A stretch of 64,000 bases of DNA from the NCBI GenBank assembly GCA_964016885.1, contig OZ024757.1:17794001-17858000 (forward strand), in the 5' to 3' direction. Each line of letters starts with the position of its first letter. Position 1 is the first letter of the stretch. The notes beneath the pieces were generated by a model. That model was not told the origin of the DNA, ran no database searches, and worked only from the letters and a program-made list of their open reading frames with translations. Made by a program: the position numbers and the translations under genes. The stretch is from Eledone cirrhosa (taxonomy: Eukaryota). Shown in pieces: positions 23,365 through 36,079 of the stretch.

Positions 23365-26210
23365 ATCATCATCATCATCAACGTTTAACGTCCGTGTTCC
23401 ACGCTTGCATGGGTTTGGACGGGGGTAGTCCCACTTGAGGCAAGAGTGATTGTCTTGCTCGCATAGGACTGTCTGGCAGGTTTTCTACAGTTGGATGCCC
23501 CTCCTAACACCAACCACATTTACAGTGTGGGTCTGGGAGGTTTTTACCGTGTTGCCTACACGGCCACATTACAGCGTGGACTGTGTGTTTTTTTGTCGTG
23601 ACACCTACACGATCTCATTTGTTTCGGCCTGGATGGTGTGGCACCAACACAACTTTACATAGAACGGGGTGGCGTGGATGGGTTGGGGGTGAGGGGACGG
23701 GGGGGAGGGGGGTATTTTGTTAGAGATGCCTACTGGCTGTAGTAGGTTTTACTATGTATTTAGGTAAGGCGGGTCTTCTCTGTTACTGAGTACCGCCAAA
23801 GGTCTCGGTCCAGTGACATTGTCTTGGAGAGGTGTAAGTGTGTGAGGTCGGAGTTTATCAGCTCGTCCCAGGTTTTTCTAGGTCTGCCTATTCCGTGGCT
23901 ACCGTCTATCTTTATTGCCCTGCACTTTGTTATACAGCTATCGACTTTCATGCGCATCACGTGTCCATACCAACGTAGCCTTCTCTCGAGTAAACAACAT
24001 CTGATCCCTCTTATTTCTAATTTTTTCCTTAGTTCGTTTATGCTTTGCCGTTCACGTATATTACTGTTACACATCCAGCGGAGCATGCAAGCTTCGTTCC
24101 TCTCTAGTCTGCGTATATCCTCTGCACACAATGCCCAGGTCTCACTGCCATGCAACATTGCTGTTCGTATGCAGGCATCGTACAACCTGCCTTTCATTTT
24201 TAGGGAGAACCCTTTAGCAGCTAATAGTGGTATAAGCTCTCTGAACTTTTTCCAACCAGTTCTGACTCTAGCTACTGTACTTTCAGAGCACCCTCCCCCA
24301 CTGCTGATTTTATCACCCAGGTAACGGAAACTGTCCACTATTTCTATAGAACCCTCTGCGCAATTGAAAGAGCTATTATTTTGTGGGCACTTGCTGCTAC
24401 TTATTGCACCAGAGCACCGGCCACATGTAAAATCTATGTTCTTAGTTAGCTTACCTGTGATCCCACTACATCTTTTATGCACCCATACTTTGCATTTAGG
24501 ACATAAAATGGAGTTTCTACCTACGCCTTTCCTACACACCGAGCACGACCATTTCCCAGAAGGGACCGCCGCCTTATTTTCTTTCCTACAAACTAGAACT
24601 TTAGTCTTAGCCAGGTTAATTTTAAGGCCTTTTGATTCTAGGCCGTGCTTCCATGTTTGGAATTTCTTCTCTAGCTCGGCCATTGATTCCGCTATGAGTG
24701 TCAGGTCGTCTGCGTATAGGAGTTCCCATGGGCAGCCAGTCTTGAACTCCTCTGTTATAGCCTGAAGGGCAATAATAAATAGTAGGGGGCTGAGAACAGA
24801 GCCCTGATGGACGCCAACTTTTACGCTAAACTCTTCACTATATTCGCTGTTAATTCTAACCTTGCTGACTGTTTCTTTATACATGGCTTGTATAGCTCTC
24901 ACAAGCCATTCGTCAACGCCTAGTTTTCTAAGAGCCCACCAGATAATGGAGCGGGGGACTCTGTCGAAGGCTTTCTCCAAGTCGACAAAAGCTAAGTAGA
25001 GGGGTTTACCTTTAGCTAGGTACTTCTCCTGTAGTTGTCGTACAATGAAAAGAGCGTCTGTGGTACTTTTGCCTGACACAAACCCGAACTGCATTTCATC
25101 TAGGTCAATTCTCTCTCTGATTAGTTGTGCTATTACTTTTTCCGTGACCTTCATGACCTGGTCGATTAATTTAATGCCTCTATAGTTACTCCTATCTAGG
25201 GCGTCTCCTTTACCCTTATAACAGTTAACGATGATGCTGCTATGCCAGTCCTTCGGAACAACCCCATTCTGTACGACTTGGTTAACTATGCGGGTGACCA
25301 TGGTGTGTCCCACCGTGCCAGATGCCTTCAGCATCTCAGCAACTATTTCCGAAGGCCCAGCCGCCTTACCCGTCTTCATATCCTTGATTGCCTTACTTAT
25401 TATACTCCCCTCGACTAACACTGCTGGTCCCTCTATTGGGTCGATATGGAGGAGACTGTCTTTCTCCCATTTATTCTCCTCATTTAGTAGCCTTTCATAG
25501 TGACACTTCCAAGCTACCTTCTTATCAGCGTCGGTGATGGCAAGTGTGCCATCATCGTTTAGTACACACTTCTCCTCGACAATATCACGGTTTTCCTTGA
25601 CGCATTGCCTAGCAATCCTGAACACCTCACGTTTTTGGTCATCGCGTTGTAGAACATGCTTGAACTTTCTTTCCTCAGCTTCCCTTCTTGCTAAGTACAC
25701 TTGTCTCCTAGCTTCCCTCCTGGCCACTTGATAGTCTTCTCTACTTCCCCCATCCCGCCATACTTTCCAAGCCTGCTTTTTGGCCTTAATTGACCCCTCC
25801 ACCTTACTGTTCCACCACCATGTTACTCTCCTCCTGCCAACAGGCCTGCTCCAGCCACAGACTTCGTCTGTCGCCAACAGCAGGTTTGCTTTCAGAAATT
25901 CCCACTCTCCCTCTATATTGTCCGACTCTAAATGTTCTTCCTTACTGTCGAAAGCATCAAGTAATATGCTTTGAAATTTATTCCTGGCTGTGGGGTCCTT
26001 TAGCTTCCATATTTTTCTCCTGAGGATAGTCCTTTTCTGCTGTCGAGTACGTCTCGTCCTGACTATGAGGTCGCTAACTATGAGTCTATGTTGGGAGGTG
26101 CATTTTTCATGGGGGAGGGATTTAGTGTTTACAACAGACATTCTGTCACGTTTTTTGAAGTTAGTGTTACAGATAAACATTTTGAAGTTAGTGTTATAGA
26201 TAAACATTTA
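23365..26210 (-). mobile_element. RTE-clade LINE, 5'-truncated, with an open 815-codon RT/PHD-like/C-terminal frame (23760-26207)
   Basis: YRGIKL, QFGF, KAFDRV, GVHQGSVLSP, YADD and RRLRWYGHV motifs. (GAT)n tail. Confidence 0.93.
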
Positions 26211-26366
26211 GAAAGCCGTAGCTATGCAAAAGACACTGTGCGTGTGTGTGTGTGTGTGTGCGAATATGCAGTTTATGTTTTACTGTTCGTTTAAACTTTC
26301 ATGATAACATTTAAAAAAAATTTCCTATTAAGTAATTTATTTAAGGAGAAAGTAATGAGAACTCAC

Positions 26367-26438
26367 CAAAGCTGTTGCAAACCCGATCCCTTGAGCTGCC
26401 GCCGTAACTACCGCTACTTTACCATTAAGTCGCCCCAT
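26367..26438 (-). CDS. BDH2: BDH2 coding exon 1 (MGRLNGKVAVVTAAAQGIGFATAL)
   Basis: ATG at 26438. Carries the SDR Rossmann motif in the BDH2-typical form TAAAQGIG. Donor GTGAGT, phase 0. A ctttCAG acceptor 9 nt upstream of the ATG implies a further 5'UTR exon. Confidence 0.93.
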
Positions 26439-26504
26439 TCTTTCTCTCTGAAAGAAGAATTAAAGATATCTATAATTTTATTTTACATCAATAACCCCTA
26501 GTGC

Positions 26505-26760
26505 GGTCCTTCTTCTTTTCGTATCTTCGAAGCATGTGGTTATATGACAGTTTCCCCATTTCTTTACAAAGTCCTTTGAATTATTATTAAATTCTGCAAG
26601 ATCTTTTAAGCTGCAATGGTTGGGTAGTAGAGGGCAAACAAGGCAGTGCTGCATTGTATGGTCCTCCTCTCTGCATTCGCAGATGGTTGGGCCCCGGTCT
26701 TCTAGCCCCATCTGGCCATAGCAGCTTTTGATCGCCCCTCTCCTAGGAGCAGCATTATGT
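26505..26760 (-). mobile_element. I-group (Ingi/Vingi-like) LINE 3' fragment
   Basis: GRSKAAMARWG..CEC..HTMQHCLVCP zinc-knuckle-like C-terminus and a (GAA)-type tail. Confidence 0.5.
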
Positions 26761-26869
26761 CATACAGCGTTTCTCGAGCATTTTTAAACCAGGCGGAGAC
26801 CATCATCTCTCCAAGTCTGAATACAATAGATTTGTTCCAAAGAAGAGAGTGAGAAAGAGATATAGAGGA

Positions 26870-27025
26870 ACAACCGACCCAGTACTTGGCTGGTACTATT
26901 TTATCGACCTCGAAAGGATGAAAGGTAAAGTTGACGTTGGCAGGATTTGAACATGGAGAGCAGAGCATCGGACCGAATAGACACCACAAAGCCTTTTTAT
27001 CCGACGCTCTAACAACTCATCGCCT
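26870..27025 (-). mobile_element. tRNA-derived SINE
   Basis: Core and B box GTTCAAATCC on the minus strand. Confidence 0.7.
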
Positions 27026-27099
27026 GTTATTTCAAGTTGCTCCAGTCAATACATTTGTCATTTAATAATCCATTAAGTTAGCATTGTCAAATCTCGTGG

Positions 27100-30000
27100 A
27101 GGGTTTACTTCGCGAGAGTAAGGTCGTCAGTTCAATTCCGGGCGATGCATCGTGTAAGACATTTTACGTTGTGTCCTTGAGCAAGACACTTTATTTCACG
27201 TTGCTCCAGTCCACTGTGCCCTTGAGCAAGCCACTTTATTTCACATTGCTCCAGTCCACTGTGCCCTTGAGCAAGCCACTTTATTTCACATTGCTCCAGT
27301 CCACTGTGCCCTTGAGCAAGACACTTTATTTCATATTGCTCCAGTCCACTGTGTCCTTGAGGAAGACACTTCATTTCACGTTGCTCCAGTCCACTGTGTC
27401 CTTGAGCAAGACACTTTATTTCACGTTGCTCAAGTCCACTGTGTCCTTGAGCAAGACACTTTATTTCACATTGCTCCAGTCCACTGTGTCCTTGAGCAAG
27501 ACACTTTATTTCACATTGCTCCAGTCCACTGTGTCCTTGAGCAAGCCACTTTATTTCACATTGCTCCTGTCCACTGTGCCCTTGAGCAAGACACTTTATT
27601 TCACATTGCTCCAGTCCACTGTGTCCTTGAGCAAGCCACTTTATTTCACATTGCCCCAGTCCACTGTGCCCTTGAGCAAGCCACTTTATTTCACATTGCT
27701 CCAGTCCACTGTGCCCTTGAGCAAGACACTTTATTTCATATTGCTCCAGTCCACTGTGTCCTTGAGGAAGACACTTCATTTCACGTTGCTCAAGTCCACT
27801 GTGTCCTTGAGGAAGACACTTCATTTCACATTGCTCCAGTCCACTGTGCCCTTGATCAAGACACTTTATTTCATAATGCTCCAGTCCACTATGTCCTTGA
27901 GGAAGACACTTCATTTCACGTTGCTCAAGTCCACTGTGCCCTTGAGCAAGACACTTTATTTCACATTGCTCCAGTCCACTGTGTCCTTGAGCAAGACACT
28001 TTATTTCACGTTGCTCAAGTCCACTGTGTCCTTGAGCAAGACACTTTATTTCACATTGCTCCAGTCCACTGTGTCCTTGAGGAAGACACTTTATTTCACG
28101 TTGCTCAAGTCCACTGTGTCCTTGAGCAAGACACTTTATTTCACATTGCTCCAGTCCACTGTGTCCTTGAGCAAGACACTTTATTTCACATTGCTCCAGT
28201 CCACTGTGTCCTTGAGCAAGCCACTTTATTTCACATTGCTCCTGTCCACTGTGCCCTTGAGCAAGACACTTTATTTCACATTGCTCCAGTCCACTGTGTC
28301 CTTGAGCAAGCCACTTTATTTCACATTGCCCCAGTCCACTGTGCCCTTGAGCAAGCCACTTTATTTCACATTGCTCCAGTCCACTGTGCCCTTGAGCAAG
28401 ACACTTTATTTCATATTGCTCCAGTCCACTGTGTCCTTGAGGAAGACACTTCATTTCACGTTGCTCAAGTCCACTGTGTCCTTGAGCAAGACACTTTATT
28501 TCACATTGCTCCAGTCCACTGTGCCCTTGAGCAAGACACTTTATTTCACGTTGCTCCAGTCCACTGTGCCCTTGAGCAAGACACTTTATTTCACATTGCT
28601 CCAGTCCACTGTGCCCTTGAGCAAGACACTTTATTTCACATTGCTCCAGTCCACTGTGCCCTTGAGCAAGACACTTTATTTCACATTGCTCCAGTCCACT
28701 GTGTCCTTGAGCAAGCCACTTTATTTCACATTGCTCCTGTCCACTGTGCCCTTGAGCAAGACACTTTATTTCACATTGCTCCAGTCCACTGTGCCCTTGA
28801 GCAAGACACTTTATTTCACATTGCTCCAGTCCACTGTGTCCTTGAGCAAGCCACTTTATTTCACATTGCTCCTGTCCACTGTGTCCTTGAGCAAGACACT
28901 TTATTTCACATTGCTCCTGTCCACTGTGTCCTTGAGCAAGCCACTTTATTTCACATTGCTCCTGTCCACTGTGTCCTTGAGCAAGCCACTTTATTTCACA
29001 TTGCTCCTGTCCACTGTGTCCTTGAGCAAGCCACTTTATTTCATATTGCTCCAGTCCACTGTGTCCTTGAGGAAGACACTTTATTTCACATTGCTCCAGT
29101 CCACTGTGTCCTTGAGCAAGACACTTTATTTCACATTGCTCCAGTCCACTGTGCCCTTGAGCAAGCCACTTTATTTCACATTGTTCCAGTCCACTGTGCC
29201 CTTGAGCAAGACACTTTATTTCACATTGCTCCAGTCCACTGTGTCCTTGAGCAAGACACTTTATTTCACATTGCTCAAGTCCACTGTGTCCTTGAGCAAG
29301 ACACTTTATTTCACATTGCTCCAGTCCACTGTGTCCTTGAGGAAGACACTTTATTTCACGTTGCTCAAGTCCACTGTGTCCTTGAGCAAGACACTTTATT
29401 TCACATTGCTCCAGTCCACTGTGTCCTTGAGCAAGACACTTTATTTCACATTGCTCCAGTCCACTGTGTCCTTGAGCAAGCCACTTTATTTCACATTGCC
29501 CCAGTCCACTGTGCCCTTGAGCAAGCCACTTTATTTCACATTGCTCCAGTCCACTGTGCCCTTGAGCAAGACACTTTATTTCACATTGCTCCAGTCCACT
29601 GTGTCCTTGAGGAAGACACTTCATTTCACGTTGCTCAAGTCCACTGTGCCCTTGAGCAAGACACTTTATTTCACATTGCTCCAGTCCACTGTGCCCTTGA
29701 GCAAGACACTTCATTTCACATTGCACCAGTCCACTGTGCCCTTGAGCAAGCCACTTTATTTCACATTGCTCCAGTCCACTGTGCCCTTGAGCAAGACACT
29801 TTATTTCACATTGCTCCAGTCCACTGTGCCCTTGAGCAAGACACTTTATTTCACATTGCTCCAGTCCACTGTGCCCTTGAGCAAGCCACTTTATTTCACA
29901 TTGCTCCAGTCCACTGTGTCCTTGAGCAAGCCACTTTATTTCACATTGCTCCTGTCCACTGTGCCCTTGAGCAAGACACTTTATTTCACATTGCTCCAGT

Positions 30001-32860
30001 CCACTGTGCCCTTGAGCAAGACACTTTATTTCACATTGCTCCAGTCCACTGTGCCCTTGAGCAAGCCACTTTATTTCACATTGCTCCTGTCCACTGTGTC
30101 CTTGAGGAAGACACTTTATTTCACATTGCTCCAGGCCACTGTGTCCTTGAGCAAGACACTTTATTTCACGTTGCTCAAGTCCACTGTGTCCTTGAGCAAG
30201 ACACTTTATTTCACATTGCTCAAGTCCACTGTGTCCTTGAGCAAGACACTTTATTTCACATTGCTCCAGTCCACTGTGTCCTTGAGGAAGACACTTTATT
30301 TCACGTTGCTCAAGTCCACTGTGTCCTTGAGCAAGACACTTTATTTCACATTGCTCCAGTCCACTGTGTCCTTGAGCAAGCCACTTTATTTCACATTGCT
30401 CCTGTCCACTGTGCCCTTGAGCAAGACACTTTATTTCACATTGCTCCAGTCCACTGTGCCCTTGAGCAAGACACTTTATTTCACATTGCTCCAGTCCACT
30501 GTGTCCTTGAGCAAGCCACTTTATTTCACATTGCCCCAGTCCACTGTGCCCTTGAGCAAGCCACTTTATTTCACATTGCTCCAGTCCACTGTGCCCTTGA
30601 GCAAGACACTTTATTTCACATTGCTCCAGTCCACTGTGTCCTTGAGCAAGCCACTTTATTTCACATTGCGCCAGTCCACTGTGCCCTTGAGCAAGACACT
30701 TTATTTCACATTGCTCCAGTCCACTGTGTTCTTGAGCAAGGCACTTTATTTCACATTGCTCCAGTCCACTGTGCCCTTGAGCAAGACACTTTATTTCATG
30801 TTGCTCCAGTCCACTGTGTTCTTGAGCAAGGCACTTTATTTCACATTGCTCCAGTCCACTGTGTTCTTGAGCAAGGCACTTTATTTCACATTGCTCCAGT
30901 CCACTGTGTCCTTGAGCAAGACACTTTATTTCACATTGCTCCAGTCCACTGTGTCCTTGAGCAAGCCACTTTATTTCACATTGCTCCTGTCCACTGTGCC
31001 CTTGAGCAAGACACTTTATTTCACATTGCTCCAGTCCACTGTGTCCTTGAGCAAGACACTTTATTTCACATTGCTCCAGTCCACTGTGTCCTTGAGGAAG
31101 ACACTTTATTTCACGTTGCTCAAGTCCACTGTGTCCTTGAGCAAGACACTTTATTTCACATTGCTCCAGTCCACTGTGTCCTTGAGCAAGCCACTTTATT
31201 TCACATTGCTCAAGTCCACTGTGTCCTTGAGCAAGACACTTTATTTCACATTGCTCCAGTCCACTGTGTCCTTGAGGAAGACACTTTATTTCACGTTGCT
31301 CAAGTCCACTGTGTCCTTGAGCAAGACACTTTATTTCACATTGCTCCAGTCCACTGTGTCCTTGAGCAAGCCACTTTATTTCACATTGCTCCTGTCCACT
31401 GTGCCCTTGAGCAAGACACTTTATTTCACATTGCTCCAGTCCACTGTGCCCTTGAGCAAGACACTTTATTTCACATTGCTCCAGTCCACTGTGTCCTTGA
31501 GCAAGCCACTTTATTTCACATTGCCCCAGTCCACTGTGCCCTTGAGCAAGCCACTTTATTTCACATTGCTCCAGTCCACTGTGCCCTTGAGCAAGACACT
31601 TTATTTCACATTGCTCCAGTCCACTGTGTCCTTGAGCAAGCCACTTTATTTCACATTGCGCCAGTCCACTGTGCCCTTGAGCAAGACACTTTATTTCACA
31701 TTGCTCCAGTCCACTGTGTTCTTGAGCAAGGCACTTTATTTCACATTGCTCCAGTCCACTGTGCCCTTGAGCAAGACACTTTATTTCATGTTGCTCCAGT
31801 CCACTGTGTTCTTGAGCAAGGCACTTTATTTCACATTGCTCCAGTCCACTGTGTTCTTGAGCAAGGCACTTTATTTCACATTGCTCCAGTCCACTGTGTC
31901 CTTGAGCAAGACACTTTATTTCACATTGCTCCAGTCCACTGTGTCCTTGAGCAAGCCACTTTATTTCACATTGCTCCTGTCCACTGTGCCCTTGAGCAAG
32001 ACACTTTATTTCACATTGCTCCAGTCCACTGTGTCCTTGAGCAAGACACTTTATTTCACATTGCTCCAGTCCACTGTGTCCTTGAGGAAGACACTTTATT
32101 TCACGTTGCTCAAGTCCACTGTGTCCTTGAGCAAGACACTTTATTTCACATTGCTCCAGTCCACTGTGTCCTTGAGCAAGCCACTTTATTTCACATTGCT
32201 CCTGTCCACTGTGCCCTTGAGCAAGACACTTTATTTCACATTGCTCCAGTCCACTGTGTCCTTGAGCAAGCCACTTCATTTCACATTGCCCCAGTCCACT
32301 GTGCCCTTGAGCAAGCCACTTTATTTCACATTGCTCCAGTCCACTGTGCCCTTGAGCAAGACACTTTATTTCATATTGCTCCAGTCCACTGTGTCCTTGA
32401 GCAAGCCACTTTATTTCACGTTGCTCAAGTCCACTGTGTCCTTGAGCAAGACACTTTATTTCACATTGCTCCAGTCCACTGTGTCTTTGAGCAAGCCACT
32501 TTATTTCACATTGCGCCAGTCCACTGTGCCCTTGAGCAAGACACTTTATTTCACATTGCTCCAGTCCACTGTGTTCTTGAGCAAGGCACTTTATTTCACA
32601 TTGCTCCAGTCCACTGTGTTCTTGAGCAAGGCACTTTATTTCACATTGCTCCAGTCCACTGTGTTCTTGAGCAAGGCACTTTATTTCACATTGCTCCAGT
32701 CCACTGTGTTCTTGAGCAAGGCACTTTATTTCACATTGCTCCAGTCCACTGTGTCCTTGAGCAAGACACTTTATTTCACATTGCTCCAGTCCACTGTGTC
32801 CTTGAGCAAGACACTTTATTTCATGTTGCTCCAGTCCACTGTGTCCTTGAGCAAGGCACT
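27100..32860 (+). repeat. 45-bp minisatellite (~126 units, 27170-32860) grown out of the CORE-like segment of a tRNA SINE
   Basis: Unit GTGTCCTTGAGCAAGACACTTTATTTCACATTGCTCCAGTCCACT, preceded by a B-box-like GTTCAATTCC at ~27130. Resembles the CORE-SINE motif TGTGACCTTGGGCAAGTCACTT. Confidence 0.9.
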
Positions 32861-33289
32861 CAAATTCATATTGAAACACTTTCTTGAGTTTGGAAATATA
32901 ACGTTGGTAGTCATGGTAACGATGAGACGTCAATAACATCACCTCCACCGACTCACTTAGCGCTAAAATAGAAACATGATGCTTTACATGTGGCATGGAG
33001 GTCATTTTTGTACCTCCTCGACCACATTCATCTGGAACTCCTTTCCGCTGCCTCTGATATTGCCTTTAGGGATTTGGTCCTTGTCTTTCCAGAGTAGAGA
33101 AGGCCGGTACAAACACCGACGCTCTAATAGCTTTGTCAATTCGTCTCCTGTAATATTCGCACACAATTGCTGTTTCAGTGTAGTTGTACAGCTTCAGTAT
33201 AAATTTATCAATAATACCTATATTGAATATATTAATGGTTAAGGAAGAATTAAGCAAAGATTACATCAACCGGGTGTTTTGTGGGAGAA

Positions 33290-34052
33290 TAGCAGTCATC
33301 ACCCATGCATGCTCTCTCTCCTCTTCACGACACTGATGTTGTCCAAGGAAAATCAGAGGCTGTCATAGCTTCACGGTAGTGTTGTCACAATTGATTTTAT
33401 CCCCTTGAGTGTATTGGAGTGCAAAGACATCACGTGAAATAAAGTGTTTGGTTTAATGACATAACGTGAAGAAAAGTGTCATGTTTAAGGACATAACGTG
33501 AAGCAAAGTGTCTGGTTTAATGACATAATGTGATGTAAAGTGTCTTGTTTAAGGACATAACGTGAAGTAAAGTGTCTTAAGGACATAACGTGAAGTAAAG
33601 TGTCTTAAGGACATAACGTGAAGTAAAGTGTCTTGTTGAAGGACATAACGTGAAGAAAAGTGTCTGGTTTAAGGACATAACGTGAAGTGCCTTAAGGACA
33701 TAACGTGAAGTAAAGTGTCTTGTTGAAGGACATAATGAGAAGTGTCTTGTTTAATGAGATAACGTGAAATAAAGTGTCTTGTTTAATGAGATAACGTGAA
33801 ATAAAGTGTCTTGTTTAAGGACATAACGTGAAGAAAAGTGTCTGGTTTAAGGACATAACGTGAAGTGTCTTAAGGACATAACGTGAAGTAAAGTGTCTTG
33901 TTGAAGGACATAACGTGAAGTAAAGTGTCTTGTTTAAGGACATGGCATGAAGTAAAGTGTCTTGTTTAAGGACATAACACGTTCTCTGGTCAAGGACTCA
34001 AACTCCTGACTGACGACTGTAAAGCCAGCAGCCTAACTAATCACTAAGCCAG
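33290..34052 (-). repeat. CORE-like SINE with a ~32-bp internal minisatellite (33430-33980)
   Basis: Minus-strand unit GTTATGTCCTTAAACAAGACACTTTAxTTCAC. tRNA-like head TGGCTTAGTG..GAGTTTGAGTCC at 33990-34052. Confidence 0.8.
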
Positions 34053-34680
34053 ACTGTTTATGTTGATTTCTTAAAATGATCTTTAAATGGCCAGAATCAC
34101 CATGGATTTTATCTCTGAAAGATTGAATAACCGCAAGTATGAGGATCAGCTGGAAAGATGATAGGCTGCCCAAAATACTCTCATGGAATGACCAAATGAA
34201 GTTTATTTTTTAAGTATATTTGATCTTTGGTAATGGGTTATGGGTGTAGGTGGTAGGTGATTGTTTTATAGATACCATAAGTCTCTTATCTGTGCCAATG
34301 TATGTCACCTCATTTTCATTCAATTTGTTATCAGTTTGTATCAGATGTCTACGTAAACTTTGATTCCCTTCTTTAAGTATCACTTTAGAAGGAGAATCAG
34401 AGTGGAGAGAGAGGCACTGCACCCCAGTAAATTTACTGGAAAAAAACAATGCAGTTATTAAGAAGAGTTGAAATTAATGCATGCAAGATTTCACAACCCT
34501 AGCATCACCCCTTCATAGCCAGCCAGTCTCTGGAAAGAAACAACGCAGTTATCAATAAAGAATAGTTGAAATTAACGCATGCAAGATTTCACAGCTCTAG
34601 CATCACTCCTTCATAGTCAGCCTAATGAACTTTTCATGTAAGTGATATAAGTTAACTATACATATATTTGTATAACAAAC

Positions 34681-34864
34681 TATAGCGAGGATACTGGGTT
34701 GTATGAATGTAACAAAACGAGACATGGTTTGTGTGTATAATATTTAATTAACTGTAGATAGTATCTTTGACATGTCAAGTATACTATCTACCATTAATTA
34801 AATATTATACACACAAACCATGTCTCGTTTTGTTACATTCATACAACCCAGTATCCTCGCTATA
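34681..34864. mobile_element. ~184-bp palindromic MITE-like element
   Basis: Two arms of ~70 perfectly complementary bp around an imperfectly paired centre. TA at both ends. Confidence 0.75.
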
Positions 34865-35404
34865 TTGGTAACCCTGACGTGATACGAACACGCAGCCGTT
34901 CATCGCTATAAGTGGTCACCCCCCCCCCCCCCCCTCCCCAAAAAAAAGAAAAAAATAGCACATCTGGTTTTGTGAGTAACATTACGAATACACAGCAAAT
35001 TTAGCTACAAACAATGAAACTACTCAAGGACACGCACATGTGGAATTCGCACAGACATACTTTTTCTCTCACGCATCAGTTAACAAAACAAATAAGAAAC
35101 TTACATAAAATATATATCCTGTTGAATGTTTCTGAACTTGTAGCTATTGTTTCCCTACATTCAGTTATGAACGGCAACTACAGAAAATGATGGGATTATT
35201 TCAGAAATGTTAATAGTTACTGTAAAAATTAGAAAAAAGTTCATTTGATCTTTGGTAATGGGTTATGGTGTAGGTGGTAGGTGATTGTTTTATAGATACC
35301 ATAAGTCTCTTATCTGTGCCAATGTATGTCACCTCATTTTCATTCAATTTGTTATCAGTTTGTATCAGATGTCTACGTAAACTTTGATTCCCTTCTTTAA
35401 GTAT

Positions 35405-35764
35405 CACTTTAGAAGGAGAATCAGAGTGGAGAGAGAGGCACTGCACCCCAGTAAATTTACTGAAAGGTGGGTGAATGAAGCGAAAATGGTCCGAGTGATT
35501 GAGCCTTCTCTGTTTATAAGCCTGTAGGTTAAAGAAGAGAACAAAAGGAAGAAGGGAGCACTTGTACAACACGCTCCTGAAGTTGAGGGTTGTTCTATCG
35601 ACGGGGTATGAAACAACCCATTTGTGACGCCTCCCCGCTATTGGGGATTTCGATTGTTGTAATTGTTTGTTTCAATATTTTTACACGACTGTATGTAAAA
35701 TCCCCGGCATGTGTCTTTGTATTGTCCCCTTTTCTTGTGCGCCCTTGTGGCAAATAAAGAAATC
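35405..35764 (+). mobile_element. 5'-truncated Tx1 3' end (ORF2 tail plus 3'UTR) ending in (TATC)n
   Basis: RRRIRVERE..ERWVN.AKM.RV..PSLFISL* and terminal CCCTTGTGGCAAATAAAGAAATC. Confidence 0.88.
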
Positions 35765-35809
35765 TATCTATCTATTTATCTATCCATCTATCTGGCTATG
35801 CATCTCTCG

Positions 35810-35840
<31 letters not shown>

Positions 35841-36079
35841 ATAATAAAATGTGGAGAAGGAGCACACGAGTTAGAATATATATATATATATATATATGAA
35901 AACGGAGTAAAAGATGATTATTAGGAAGAAAAATATTTTTTTTCTTTTTTCTTTTTTTCTGGGTTAGAAAATGATTAAAACAAAATATTTTACTTTGTGT
36001 GAAGTGTTAAGGTATTAGTTAATTAATTTATTAATTAACAATGGCATTTATTTATTTATTTATATATTTAATAATTGTC

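Noticed and set aside
27084-33005. 1950-aa and 1957-aa ORFs on opposite strands
   Set aside because: These arise from a 45-bp (15-codon) unit lacking stops in those frames. The unit is SINE-derived and there are no unique domains.
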